Assembly: GCA_963662715.1 (NCBI GenBank)
Contig: OY759724.1
Span: 510,001 to 542,000 of the forward strand
DNA: 32,000 bases
Direction: 5' to 3'
From: Candidatus Omnitrophota bacterium
Lineage (GTDB): Bacteria; Omnitrophota; Gorgyraeia; Zapsychrales; JANLHA01
In this document: piece by piece, positions 17,156 through 24,672 of the stretch
How positions within the stretch are numbered: position 1 is the stretch's first letter
How the letters are laid out: each line of letters opens with the position of its first letter
Program-made: the position numbers and the translations under genes
The notes under the pieces: model-generated
What the model saw: only the letters and a program-made list of their open reading frames with translations
Told to the model about the DNA's origin: nothing
Database searches by the model: none

Positions 17156-17184
17156 ATTTTACATCAAAAAATATTTTTTAACAA
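17156..17184 (-). promoter_or_regulatory. candidate sigma70-type promoter of the TPS operon
   Basis: On the minus strand: TTGTTA (17179-17184), a 17-nt spacer, then TAAAAT (17156-17161), about 55 nt upstream of the tpsB ATG. Motif match only. Confidence 0.3.
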
Positions 17185-17504
17185 AAAAGGGATAAAATAT
17201 CTTAAACAGGCAGATGCTCCTAAGGAGGATAAATTTTGAGGGCAGGAAAATATACTGATAGAAGTATAAATACTTCAGGATGAAAAAAATGCAGAAGGCA
17301 CAGTGACGGTTTCTTTATTACTGAACTGCCGGCAAACACATCTCTCCACCAAGAGTCAAACCAACCTCTAATGTGTCTCGAGTATCAAAATTTGCACTCA
17401 TCATCCTGCAGACTCTGTTTCTCAATCAAAAACCAATTTTTATTAAATCCCTGATATGGCAAAATAATCTTTTATAACCGTGTTATATATATGCATTTCC
17501 CCTA

Positions 17505-17979
17505 TCAATCTCTTTTTAATATCATCTCCATAGGAGTGAACCGCATCCCGTTCTCTTCCCCGACAACACTAAATCCCACATTTTGATAGAAGGATAAAGA
17601 ATTTGGAGAAGCGCTGACCGTGACTTTTCCTATTTCCCGATGATTTTCCAAATATTGAGAAATGCAATAATTAATCAATCCCTTCCCCACCCCATGTCCT
17701 TGATGTCCGGAATCCACAAACAGCAAGGCAATATGACTATCTTCAATAATTGTTAATACTCCAATGAGGTTGGTTCCCGCCTACAGCTACTATCGTAAAT
17801 TTATGATTATCAACCTTTTCCAGGAAATCCGGAGAAAGCATGTTGAGGAATGTATCAATGCCCTGAGGAGAATATGCCGGCGCAACCTGCTCGTGGAAAA
17901 CCCGAACGATCAGGTCATACAGGTAATTTTCTTCGCCATTTTTCATCAACCTGTAATCATATTTATCCGGCACCTGCAT
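17505..17979 (-). pseudogene. GNAT-family N-acetyltransferase interrupted by a 1-nt frameshift
   Basis: Two adjacent ORFs (17743-17979 and 17505-17726) together make one GNAT. The second carries the acetyl-CoA motif HQGHGVGKGLI. Reading around 17735-17760, frame A gives ...AVGGNQPHWSINNY*. Skipping one C in CAACCTC gives ...GGNQ-LIGVLTIIEDSHIALLFVDSGHQGHG, which continues into the second ORF. Confidence 0.8.
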
Positions 17980-17982
17980 TTC

Positions 17983-18390
17983 TTATCTGCCTTCCGGCGA
18001 GTAAACAATTTCTTCCCTGGTTAAAATAAAATTTAAAGGCTCCTTGACTCTTGCCCTTTGAATCCGGATCTCAATACTAGAGCCGACAACGCCTCTTAGC
18101 TTTTCCAGAATTAAATATTCGAATTCCTTTCCTTCCACTGGCTCTCCATCAATATGAGTAATAACATCGCCTATATGAATGCCTTCATTAAAAGCAGGTG
18201 TCTCATCAATCACATCAAGAACCACGAGATCCCCTCTGTTGCTTTCACCGTCTTGATTATAAATTTGAGCGACCGACAAGCCAAGTCCTCCGAACTTCTC
18301 CTCTTGTGCGCAAACGTTAATGTTAGCTGATGAGACAAATAAAAACAATGCCAGGCCTGATACTGCGCATAGAAATGATTTCTTAGTCAT
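17983..18390 (-). CDS. small secreted PDZ-domain protein
   Basis: 135 aa. Signal peptide MTKKSFLCAVSGLALFLFVSSANINVCA. PDZ-like core GGLGLSV...GDLVVLDVIDETPAFNEGIHIGDVITHIDGEPVEG. Confidence 0.8.
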   Translation of the reverse strand: MTKKSFLCAVSGLALFLFVSSANINVCAQEEKFGGLGLSVAQIYNQDGESNRGDLVVLDVIDETPAFNEGIHIGDVITHIDGEPVEGKEFEYLILEKLRGVVGSSIEIRIQRARVKEPLNFILTREEIVYSPEGR

Positions 18391-18413
18391 CTTGATTTCT
18401 CCTTTCGATTCTT

Positions 18414-18809
18414 TTACAGGAAACTATACATCCATCTTGTGACAATAAATTTACTGTTTATTTGATGAATTGCTTTTTCTATGGAATACTTGACGTAATA
18501 TTTGCTGGAATCCCAGGGCTTAGTTTGTGACGGGACCTTGTTATTGAGCTTTAGCAAATTGGGCAATGCCCGCTTATCGCCTATTTGTCCTAATGCCCAT
18601 ACAGCACGGTTTCTTTCTTTGAAAGAATGGCGTTCTGATTCCATAAGTAAAATTAGAGCAACAGTATGATCCGAACCGAACTCAGCTTTAGCCTTCTCGC
18701 TTATTCCCCTGACTCCGTCAAAAATCAAATAAAATGAAAAGCCGAGCAAGGCTAAAAAACACAGGAATATTATTAAAATAGATTTGTATAAAATGTGTGG
18801 TTTGTCCAT
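18414..18809 (-). CDS. membrane-anchored HEAT-repeat-like protein
   Basis: About 131 aa from the ATG at 18809; the ORF track begins one codon earlier at TTG. One N-terminal TM helix. RNRAVWALGQIGDKRALPNLLKL resembles HEAT/PBS-lyase repeats. GGGAA SD upstream. Confidence 0.65.
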   Translation of the reverse strand: MDKPHILYKSILIIFLCFLALLGFSFYLIFDGVRGISEKAKAEFGSDHTVALILLMESERHSFKERNRAVWALGQIGDKRALPNLLKLNNKVPSQTKPWDSSKYYVKYSIEKAIHQINSKFIVTRWMYSFL

Positions 18810-18980
18810 CAAGATATTCCCTTCTTATGTATATGGCGCATTATTTTATACCAATTTTATCATAAAAGTTCATATAGCACATGATGGAATTTATCGTTAA
18901 ATATTGAGGAAGGCCCGTCATTCCGGATTGTTTTTTAAAATATATGCGGCATGTCCCGGGACACCGCTTCTTTTCCGGCT

Positions 18981-19529
18981 TTATCTCTTTATCAAACGTG
19001 TCCCGGTCTCGCTAATCGCCCGGACATCCTCGATAGTATAAAATGCATTGGGATTAAACTCTTTGACTTTCTCAATCAAATGAGGAATTTCTGAACGCCG
19101 AACAATTGTGTATATAATATCTACTTTGCCACTTAGACCATCGCCTTTTACAGTGGTAACTCGATACCCATGCTTTTTGAGAAATTCAATTAGACTCGAG
19201 GCATCACGACGGGTGATAATTCTGAGGATTTGAAACCCTATCGCCAATTTCTCTTCAATAATCATGCCAACATAAGTTCCCGTCGCGAATCCTCCGGCAA
19301 AACTAACGTAACAGACAGGGTTCGACAAATTAATAATAATCTGCCTGAAAGCAAGCAGCCAAATGAGCACCTGAAAAAATCCGATCACCGGGGCAAGAAG
19401 CTTTTTACTTCTGTGAAGCAACATAATCCTCACAGTATCCATAGAAACGTCGCAAATTCTAGCCAGAAAAATCCATAGCGGCAGCAAAAACCATTGATGA
19501 AACAAACTATTATTACCCAACAAGTCCAT
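18981..19529 (-). CDS. UPF0316 / DUF2179-domain membrane protein
   Basis: 182 aa. The TM part (ARICDVSMDTVRIMLL...) is followed by a C-terminal alpha/beta domain (FLKKHGYRVTTVKGDGLSGKVDIIYTIVRRSEIPHLIEKVKEFNPNAFYTIEDVR), as in UPF0316 proteins. Confidence 0.75.
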   Translation of the reverse strand: MDLLGNNSLFHQWFLLPLWIFLARICDVSMDTVRIMLLHRSKKLLAPVIGFFQVLIWLLAFRQIIINLSNPVCYVSFAGGFATGTYVGMIIEEKLAIGFQILRIITRRDASSLIEFLKKHGYRVTTVKGDGLSGKVDIIYTIVRRSEIPHLIEKVKEFNPNAFYTIEDVRAISETGTRLIKR

Positions 19530-19731
19530 TATCTATTCCTTTCATCATTTACGAATAAAAACCCTGTTCTTGTCTTCTTTTTTGGCTTGGTATAGAGCAG
19601 AATCCTTAGAGGAAGGACGGAGCAACTGCAAATATGATATGGATCCTTATTGTTCGAAGACTGTCATGAGAACAAGACAACAGCAATACAGACAAGCCCC
19701 GCTGGATGGATAAATCCGCTGCCAAGGAATT

Positions 19732-20322
19732 TCACATTCCTATTATTTGAATAATGCCCTTTCGTATCATCATGACACCAATAGCCGCCAAAAGCAGTGC
19801 CATGACTTTGGAAAGTGCGTTCGCCCCTGTCTTACCAAACGCACGCATCAGTTCATCTGACCAATAAAAAATTAATCCCACTAAAACTAAATTTAAGACA
19901 ACCGAACATATCGTGAGCCATATCCCGAATTGATCAATAAGCATCAGGCTTGTCGTGAGCACTGCTGGCCCGACAATTAAGGGCGTTCCGATGGGGACTA
20001 TTCCTATGCCGTCTTCCGGGACCCGCCTTTGTTTACCGGGAATAACGAGATCAATCACGGCAATGCAGAATAAGATAACACCTCCCGCGATCATAAAATC
20101 ACTCATGGTTATTCCCAATATCCCAAAAATGGCTTTCCCCAAGAAGATAAAAACTAGCGCAAGACACAGGGCCGTAAGGAGCGAGTAAATAATAATTATC
20201 TGTTTCTGTCCCTTTTGCAATTCATTCGTCAATGACACGAATATCGGCAAAACTCCCAGGGGATCTACCGCCACAAAAACAGGGATAAAGACTAACAAAA
20301 AATGATTAAAGGCATTGTCCAT
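19732..20322 (-). CDS. MarC-family (UPF0056) integral membrane protein
   Basis: 196 aa with about 6 TM helices. The N-terminal FLLVFIPVFVAVDPLGVLPIFVSLT is the typical MarC-family motif. Confidence 0.85.
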   Translation of the reverse strand: MDNAFNHFLLVFIPVFVAVDPLGVLPIFVSLTNELQKGQKQIIIIYSLLTALCLALVFIFLGKAIFGILGITMSDFMIAGGVILFCIAVIDLVIPGKQRRVPEDGIGIVPIGTPLIVGPAVLTTSLMLIDQFGIWLTICSVVLNLVLVGLIFYWSDELMRAFGKTGANALSKVMALLLAAIGVMMIRKGIIQIIGM

Positions 20323-20476
20323 TCTTGACTATTTCAAGAGGAAGAAAGTCCCCAGATTAAAAGAATATGAACGAAACGGCTTCCCCAGATATTGCCGCCG
20401 GTGGTTATCTCTGGGTTCCCTGTTTACAGCAGCAAAGATATTTACAGCTAATTCCGGAGCGGATGTGCCAATCAAT

Positions 20477-21232
20477 TCATAAATCATTCTTTACCCTTAT
20501 ATCAAAGTTTATCTGTTCGTATTTTATTTCATCGAGATAAAAAGTTATATGATCGGCATCTGTCATATTAACAACCCAGCAGAATCCTCCGATAATTCTG
20601 CTTAAAGGCTCCATTCGTAAAATCCAGTTGGGGTCCCCGTCAGTAACAATCATTTTCTTAGAGAGCTCCCCGAGATAGATAGTGTACTGTTGCCACTCAT
20701 CAGATAATGTGATCGGGCCAATTGATTTTGTCCCGACATCGCGGTATTTCCCCATAATTCCACCTATCTGGAACAAAGATATTTTTTCTCCTCCTTTTTC
20801 ACCTTTAGCCCAAAAAGTAAGTTTATCTGCGCCTCTCAGGTCGTATCCTCCGTGATTTTCCCCCCAATTGTTCTGCGGATCCAGCCAAAACAGACCCGCC
20901 CACCCGGCTTTTTTTGAATCACTATTCTTATACACAACTTTGATGCATGTCTTCCCGGAAAACGGATTTTCTCGATAATAGGGATCCATGATAAAATCGC
21001 TGAAATCTCCCATCTTTCCGGTCGGATGGTAATGGTTCTCCGAATAATCTCCGTCTTTGTACACATAGAAGGGGAAAAAATCAACCGATTTTCCTGGTTG
21101 ATACCGGGGATTAATAAAATCAGCATTTGATTCCTGTATTGCTGAATTCCCAGCCTCTTCTTGTGCCTGAGACAAAGATAAGATTCCACAAAACAGCAAC
21201 ATTACGGAAATAATTAAGTGCTTTCTTCTCAT
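20477..21232 (-). CDS. secreted protein, possibly a beta-sandwich/carbohydrate-binding-module-like fold
   Basis: 251 aa from the ATG at 21232, with GGAG SD (GGAGAAAGAAAATG); the ORF track extends 14 codons further upstream. Signal peptide MRRKHLIISVMLLFCGILSLSQA. AGWAGLFWLDPQNNWG...YDLRGADKLTFWAKGEKGGEKI resembles CBM-type modules. The family assignment is weak. Confidence 0.65.
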   Translation of the reverse strand: MRRKHLIISVMLLFCGILSLSQAQEEAGNSAIQESNADFINPRYQPGKSVDFFPFYVYKDGDYSENHYHPTGKMGDFSDFIMDPYYRENPFSGKTCIKVVYKNSDSKKAGWAGLFWLDPQNNWGENHGGYDLRGADKLTFWAKGEKGGEKISLFQIGGIMGKYRDVGTKSIGPITLSDEWQQYTIYLGELSKKMIVTDGDPNWILRMEPLSRIIGGFCWVVNMTDADHITFYLDEIKYEQINFDIRVKNDL

Positions 21233-21334
21233 TTTCTTTCTCCAAATTAAAATAAATCCCACTGAGAAGGGCACGGGAACGTTTCCACCCCAGTGGGATT
21301 ATCGATGACCGAACCATTTTAAGGCATACGTTCT

Positions 21335-21463
21335 CTATGAACAGCAAGGCGTAGACTTGGATGCATCATTTTTCTTCCCTTCGCTGCCGCATGACTTTGC
21401 CTTATCTTGCTTCTCACCATTTTTCTTCTTACCATCTTTTTTGCCGAATAATTTAGTTCTCAT
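21335..21463 (-). CDS. small Lys-rich protein (42 aa), hypothetical
   Basis: My hand translation is MRTKLFGKKDGKKKNGEKQDKAKSCGSEGKKNDASKSTPCCS, with a TAG stop at 21335-21337. A perfect GGAGG (21471-21475) lies 7 nt upstream of the ATG. It has the same orientation as all neighbouring genes. It falls below the ORF-track size cut-off. Confidence 0.4.
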   Translation of the reverse strand: MRTKLFGKKDGKKKNGEKQDKAKSCGSEGKKNDASKSTPCCS

Positions 21464-21497
21464 GTTTAAACCTCCGGATTGGTTAGCTATATACATC

Positions 21498-21548
21498 CTA
21501 CTCTTCTTCTTTATTTGGCTTTGGTTTCTTCGAGCCTTTCTTGGCCAT
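21498..21548 (-). CDS. candidate micro-ORF (16 aa, MAKKGSKKPKPNKEEE)
   Basis: GAGGAGGAA lies 5 nt upstream of the ATG at 21548, and TAG is at 21498-21500. The ORF is very short and sits in a purine-rich tract, so it may be a chance ORF. Confidence 0.2.
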   Translation of the reverse strand: MAKKGSKKPKPNKEEE

Positions 21549-21741
21549 TTTATTCCTCCTCTCGGGCTAAATGTTTTAATACGAATCTTAATCTGCTTTG
21601 TTTAGGCATCTTCCTTTTTCGTTATTAATACGTGCTGTGTCTTAAGTTAATCTCCGAGATAACGGCTGTGACAAAAATTTCTCGTGTTTTGGACGCCCAA
21701 ACGGTTTCACAGCAATATAAAATTAACCTGAGGGAAACATA

Positions 21742-21972
21742 TCAAAGACTCACAGCCTCTTTCCTTTTAGTTATGCCTTTAGAATCTTGAATTTTAATGA
21801 TCTTTTCAGCTTCAATCCAATTCTTCCAGTCCTGCCCCCGGACATAACCACTTCTTTCATAAAGTTCATATGCCTTTTCGGCAATCCTTTCATGAATATT
21901 TGCGTGACTTACAAGCGGAGTTCTTCTTCTCCCAAGAGCTTTTTTTGTTTTATCCTGCACTTTTTCTCTCAT
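21742..21972 (-). CDS. DUF2934-domain protein
   Basis: 76 aa. IAEKAYELYERSGYVRGQDWKNWIEAEKII matches the DUF2934 pattern (AYe.we.rG...G.d..dW..AE). GGGGGG SD-like run upstream. Confidence 0.75.
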   Translation of the reverse strand: MREKVQDKTKKALGRRRTPLVSHANIHERIAEKAYELYERSGYVRGQDWKNWIEAEKIIKIQDSKGITKRKEAVSL

Positions 21973-22008
21973 TTTTACCCCCCTTGAAAGATCCTTACCT
22001 TTCTCTGC

Positions 22009-22368
22009 TTATAAATATTTACTGATTAACGGCATCAGGTTCTCAGCCAAATTATCCCTATCGATAAATTCTTCGATTTCATCTGTTTTATACCACCTGT
22101 CAAATCCTGCTGATTTAAAGGGCGTAAGCATAATAATTTTGCAGTCAGGATAGCAGACCTTTATTTTATGCTGCATTTTATCGCCCTCGATATCATTTAA
22201 ATTAATGTCCAAGAATACGATATCCGGATGTTCTTGTTTGAACACTTCTAATCCGCCCATGTTGGATGATGATTCGAAAACTTTAATATTGTTCTTGAAT
22301 TGATCTATAATTTTGCAAAATATAACCCTAAAGTCATTATTAGCGTCGATTATTAATATTTTCTTCAT
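22009..22368 (-). CDS. stand-alone response-regulator receiver domain protein (possibly atypical)
   Basis: 119 aa. MKKILIIDAN...PDIVFLDINL...KIIMLTPF has the receiver layout (D8, D54, T82). The second N-terminal Asp reads Ala. The position where I expect the conserved Lys reads FIDRD. Confidence 0.8.
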   Translation of the reverse strand: MKKILIIDANNDFRVIFCKIIDQFKNNIKVFESSSNMGGLEVFKQEHPDIVFLDINLNDIEGDKMQHKIKVCYPDCKIIMLTPFKSAGFDRWYKTDEIEEFIDRDNLAENLMPLISKYL

Positions 22369-22388
22369 TGCGCGGTATTTTCATTTCA

Positions 22389-22919
22389 TCAAATTAAAGC
22401 TGAATAAGATTGTTTGACATCATTGACCGCTCTTATTTGATTTTTCTTAAACTGGATGAGTTTCTCAAAAACATCCTTAATGTTTTGTTCCTTAGCATCC
22501 GCTTTCAGGCGTTTATATAAATCCTGCAGCTTTGTTTCATAATCAAGTATGAATTTGAGCAAATCCAGGACATAGACATCATCCTCAAATTCCAACTTAG
22601 GTATCATATTTTCATACTCAGCATCATTAAAATCGGGAAATATCTCTTGTTTATGGGAACCGATTTCTATTTTCTCCATAAATTTCAGGTTCTTAGCCAA
22701 CCTTTCCCTGCAGTCGGAGACTATTTTCTTTACTTTGTTGTCAGTTAAAAGATCTTGCAACTCATCATAAATTCCTTTGATTTGCCTTTCATAAACCATG
22801 GAATCCTGGAGAATTTTTTCAAGACTATATATCATAGCGGCCTCCTCTTTTTTGACATTCCTACAAAGCGTTTCTAATATTTTCATCTTTTCGGCGATTT
22901 GATCATTAGTTATTCGCAA
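22389..22919 (-). CDS. hypothetical all-helical protein (degenerate ferritin/rubrerythrin-like four-helix pattern?)
   Basis: 176-aa ORF with a TTG start; the alternative ATG at 22886 has no SD. VLDLLKFILDYETKLQDLYKRLKADAKEQNIKDVFEKLIQFKKNQI resembles rubrerythrin-like helices but lacks the E..H ligand pair. The start and the family are both uncertain. Confidence 0.55.
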   Translation of the reverse strand: MRITNDQIAEKMKILETLCRNVKKEEAAMIYSLEKILQDSMVYERQIKGIYDELQDLLTDNKVKKIVSDCRERLAKNLKFMEKIEIGSHKQEIFPDFNDAEYENMIPKLEFEDDVYVLDLLKFILDYETKLQDLYKRLKADAKEQNIKDVFEKLIQFKKNQIRAVNDVKQSYSALI

Positions 22920-23095
22920 CCAAGAGTTTTATAATACATTTTAATTATTTTTTTAATCGGGAAAAACACGCAAAAAGATAGTAAAAATGACTATTTCCTG
23001 ACATAAATAGCTGCTATGAAACAAGTTATAATACGGGAAATTATCGGAAGGGGACGATACTGCGCACGCCTATATTGGGATTGAGTTACGCAGGC

Positions 23096-24007
23096 CTAGT
23101 CTTTAAAAACACCTAATCTGATTTGAATGAATTTATAGATTTCATGCGGGATATCTATGTCGCAGCATTTTTCTATACCTTTAAATCCTGGGGAAGAATT
23201 CGCCTCGCATACCAGAAAATGATCTTTGTCAAAAAGAAGATCAATCCCGGCAATTTGCAGATCAAGAAGACGCGTTGTCTCTGTTGCAAGCCATTCAATT
23301 TCGGGGGTAATCTCATATTGAGTGACATTGGCCCCGCGGGAAAAATTGGCTTTGAAAGCGCCTCCTTGCGAGGTCCTCTGCATACAAGCCACAACCCGGC
23401 TGCCGACAACAAATACACGCAAATCTCTTCCATGGCTGGAGGCAATATATTCTTGCAGGATAATATTCGTATTCTGCTTCGACGCTTCTATGAATCCCAT
23501 CAAGTCTTCAAAATTATGTTTATTTTCAATAAGATAAACACCATTGCCTTGCGTGCCGGATAATGTTTTTACAACAACCGGGAAATTAAGATATTTCTCA
23601 ACAAAATTCACATCTGTCGGGAATTTGACCAGCATCGTTTTAGGAACGGGCAAATTATTTTCGGCTAAAATTTGTTGCGTAAACAGCTTGTCTCTGACGG
23701 TTTCTACGCAATGAGATGAGTTCACGGAATACACTCCCAGTCTTTCTAAATGGCGTATAACGCTGAGATCAAAATAAGTCGTCGCCGAACCTCTTCGAGG
23801 AATAATAAAAGTCGGCAGTTTCACTCCCTGGCCTCTAAAAATAATGCTTGTCCGGTCCTCTCTGGTGACGACAAGGTCAACTTCCTTGGAACTGATAACT
23901 TTTATAGTTATCCCCTGCTTTTTAGAGGTTTCGATAAACCTGTTAATCTCATACTCATCTGGCGTGATTTCTTCAAAAGATTTCTTATATAATATCCATC
24001 CTTCCAT
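23096..24007 (-). CDS. rimK: RimK-family ATP-grasp alpha-L-glutamate ligase
   Basis: About 303 aa from the ATG at 24007, with AAGGAAAG SD. A TTG at 24028 would overlap the regulator's stop as TTGA. The sequence aligns by eye with E. coli RimK over almost its full length: PVVVKTLSGTQGNGVYLIE, IILQEYIASSHGRDLRVFVVGSRVVA, FKANFSRGA, IAGIDLLF, VCEANSSPGFKGIEK. Confidence 0.9.
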   Translation of the reverse strand: MEGWILYKKSFEEITPDEYEINRFIETSKKQGITIKVISSKEVDLVVTREDRTSIIFRGQGVKLPTFIIPRRGSATTYFDLSVIRHLERLGVYSVNSSHCVETVRDKLFTQQILAENNLPVPKTMLVKFPTDVNFVEKYLNFPVVVKTLSGTQGNGVYLIENKHNFEDLMGFIEASKQNTNIILQEYIASSHGRDLRVFVVGSRVVACMQRTSQGGAFKANFSRGANVTQYEITPEIEWLATETTRLLDLQIAGIDLLFDKDHFLVCEANSSPGFKGIEKCCDIDIPHEIYKFIQIRLGVFKD

Positions 24008-24024
24008 AAACTTTCCTTTCAATA

Positions 24025-24669
24025 TCAAACAAGCCCTTTGGTGATAGCATATTTGACTAAAGCTGCTGTCGTTCGAAAACCAAGCTTTTCACAAAGATTG
24101 GCCCGATGATTGGCCACGGTGCGAATGCTGATCTTCAGCTTATCTGCGATATTCTTATTTGCCATACCGCAGGCAATTAGCTCTAAGACCTGTTTTTCTC
24201 TTTTTGTAAGTATGTCTAAAGAAGGAAGACTGACCTCCTCCAGGGAACGGACATACCTATCCGTTAACATTGTTGAGACCAAGGATGAAACGAACTTTTT
24301 GCCCTCAAGAACCTTCTTGATGGCAAAATTTATTTGAATACAGGCATCGTCTTTGGCCATGAAACCGTCTGCGCCGCCAGAGATAGCATGTTCAAAATGC
24401 TCATAATCTTTAAGCATGGAAAGGACAAGGATCTTTACCCGAGGATATTCCTTCCTTATTTGTTTAATGGCTTCTATTCCGTCCATCTCAGGCATGGACA
24501 AATCAAGGATAATAATATCGCAGGCATGGCTTTTGAGTTTATTGAGCAATTCTTTCCCATCCGAAGCTTCTGCTACAATCGAAAAAGATGGTTCTTTTTC
24601 AATAAACCTTTTCAGGCCTTCTCTGATAAAACCATGATCATCAGCAATGATTATTTTTGTCGAAGACAT
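24025..24669 (-). CDS. NarL/FixJ-class response regulator (receiver plus LuxR/GerE HTH)
   Basis: 214 aa. Receiver: KIIIADDHGFIREGL...DIIILDLSMPEMDG. HTH: LTKREKQVLELIACGMANKNIADKLKISIRTVANHRANLCEKLG. It starts 3 nt after the kinase stop. Confidence 0.92.
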   Translation of the reverse strand: MSSTKIIIADDHGFIREGLKRFIEKEPSFSIVAEASDGKELLNKLKSHACDIIILDLSMPEMDGIEAIKQIRKEYPRVKILVLSMLKDYEHFEHAISGGADGFMAKDDACIQINFAIKKVLEGKKFVSSLVSTMLTDRYVRSLEEVSLPSLDILTKREKQVLELIACGMANKNIADKLKISIRTVANHRANLCEKLGFRTTAALVKYAITKGLV

Positions 24670-24672
24670 AAA

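Noticed and set aside
20338-20353. GAGGAAGAAAGTCCCC resembling the RNase P RNA 5' motif GAGGAAAGUCCGGGC
   Set aside because: The intergenic space is only about 150 nt and none of the other conserved RNase P regions are present. This is a chance resemblance.
21357-21605. 82-aa plus-strand Phe/Leu-rich ORF
   Set aside because: It is the complement of the purine-rich, Lys-coding minus-strand tract (AAA/AAG read as TTT/CTT). It has a TTG start and no SD, and it would be the only plus-strand gene in 32 kb.
21550-21609. 19-codon micro-ORF MPKQSRLRFVLKHLAREEE as an independent gene
   Set aside because: Its only SD-like element (GGAAG) abuts the ATG with no spacer. Its terminal GAGGAGGAA is more simply the SD of the next micro-ORF. 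It is kept only as context in the micro-ORF finding.
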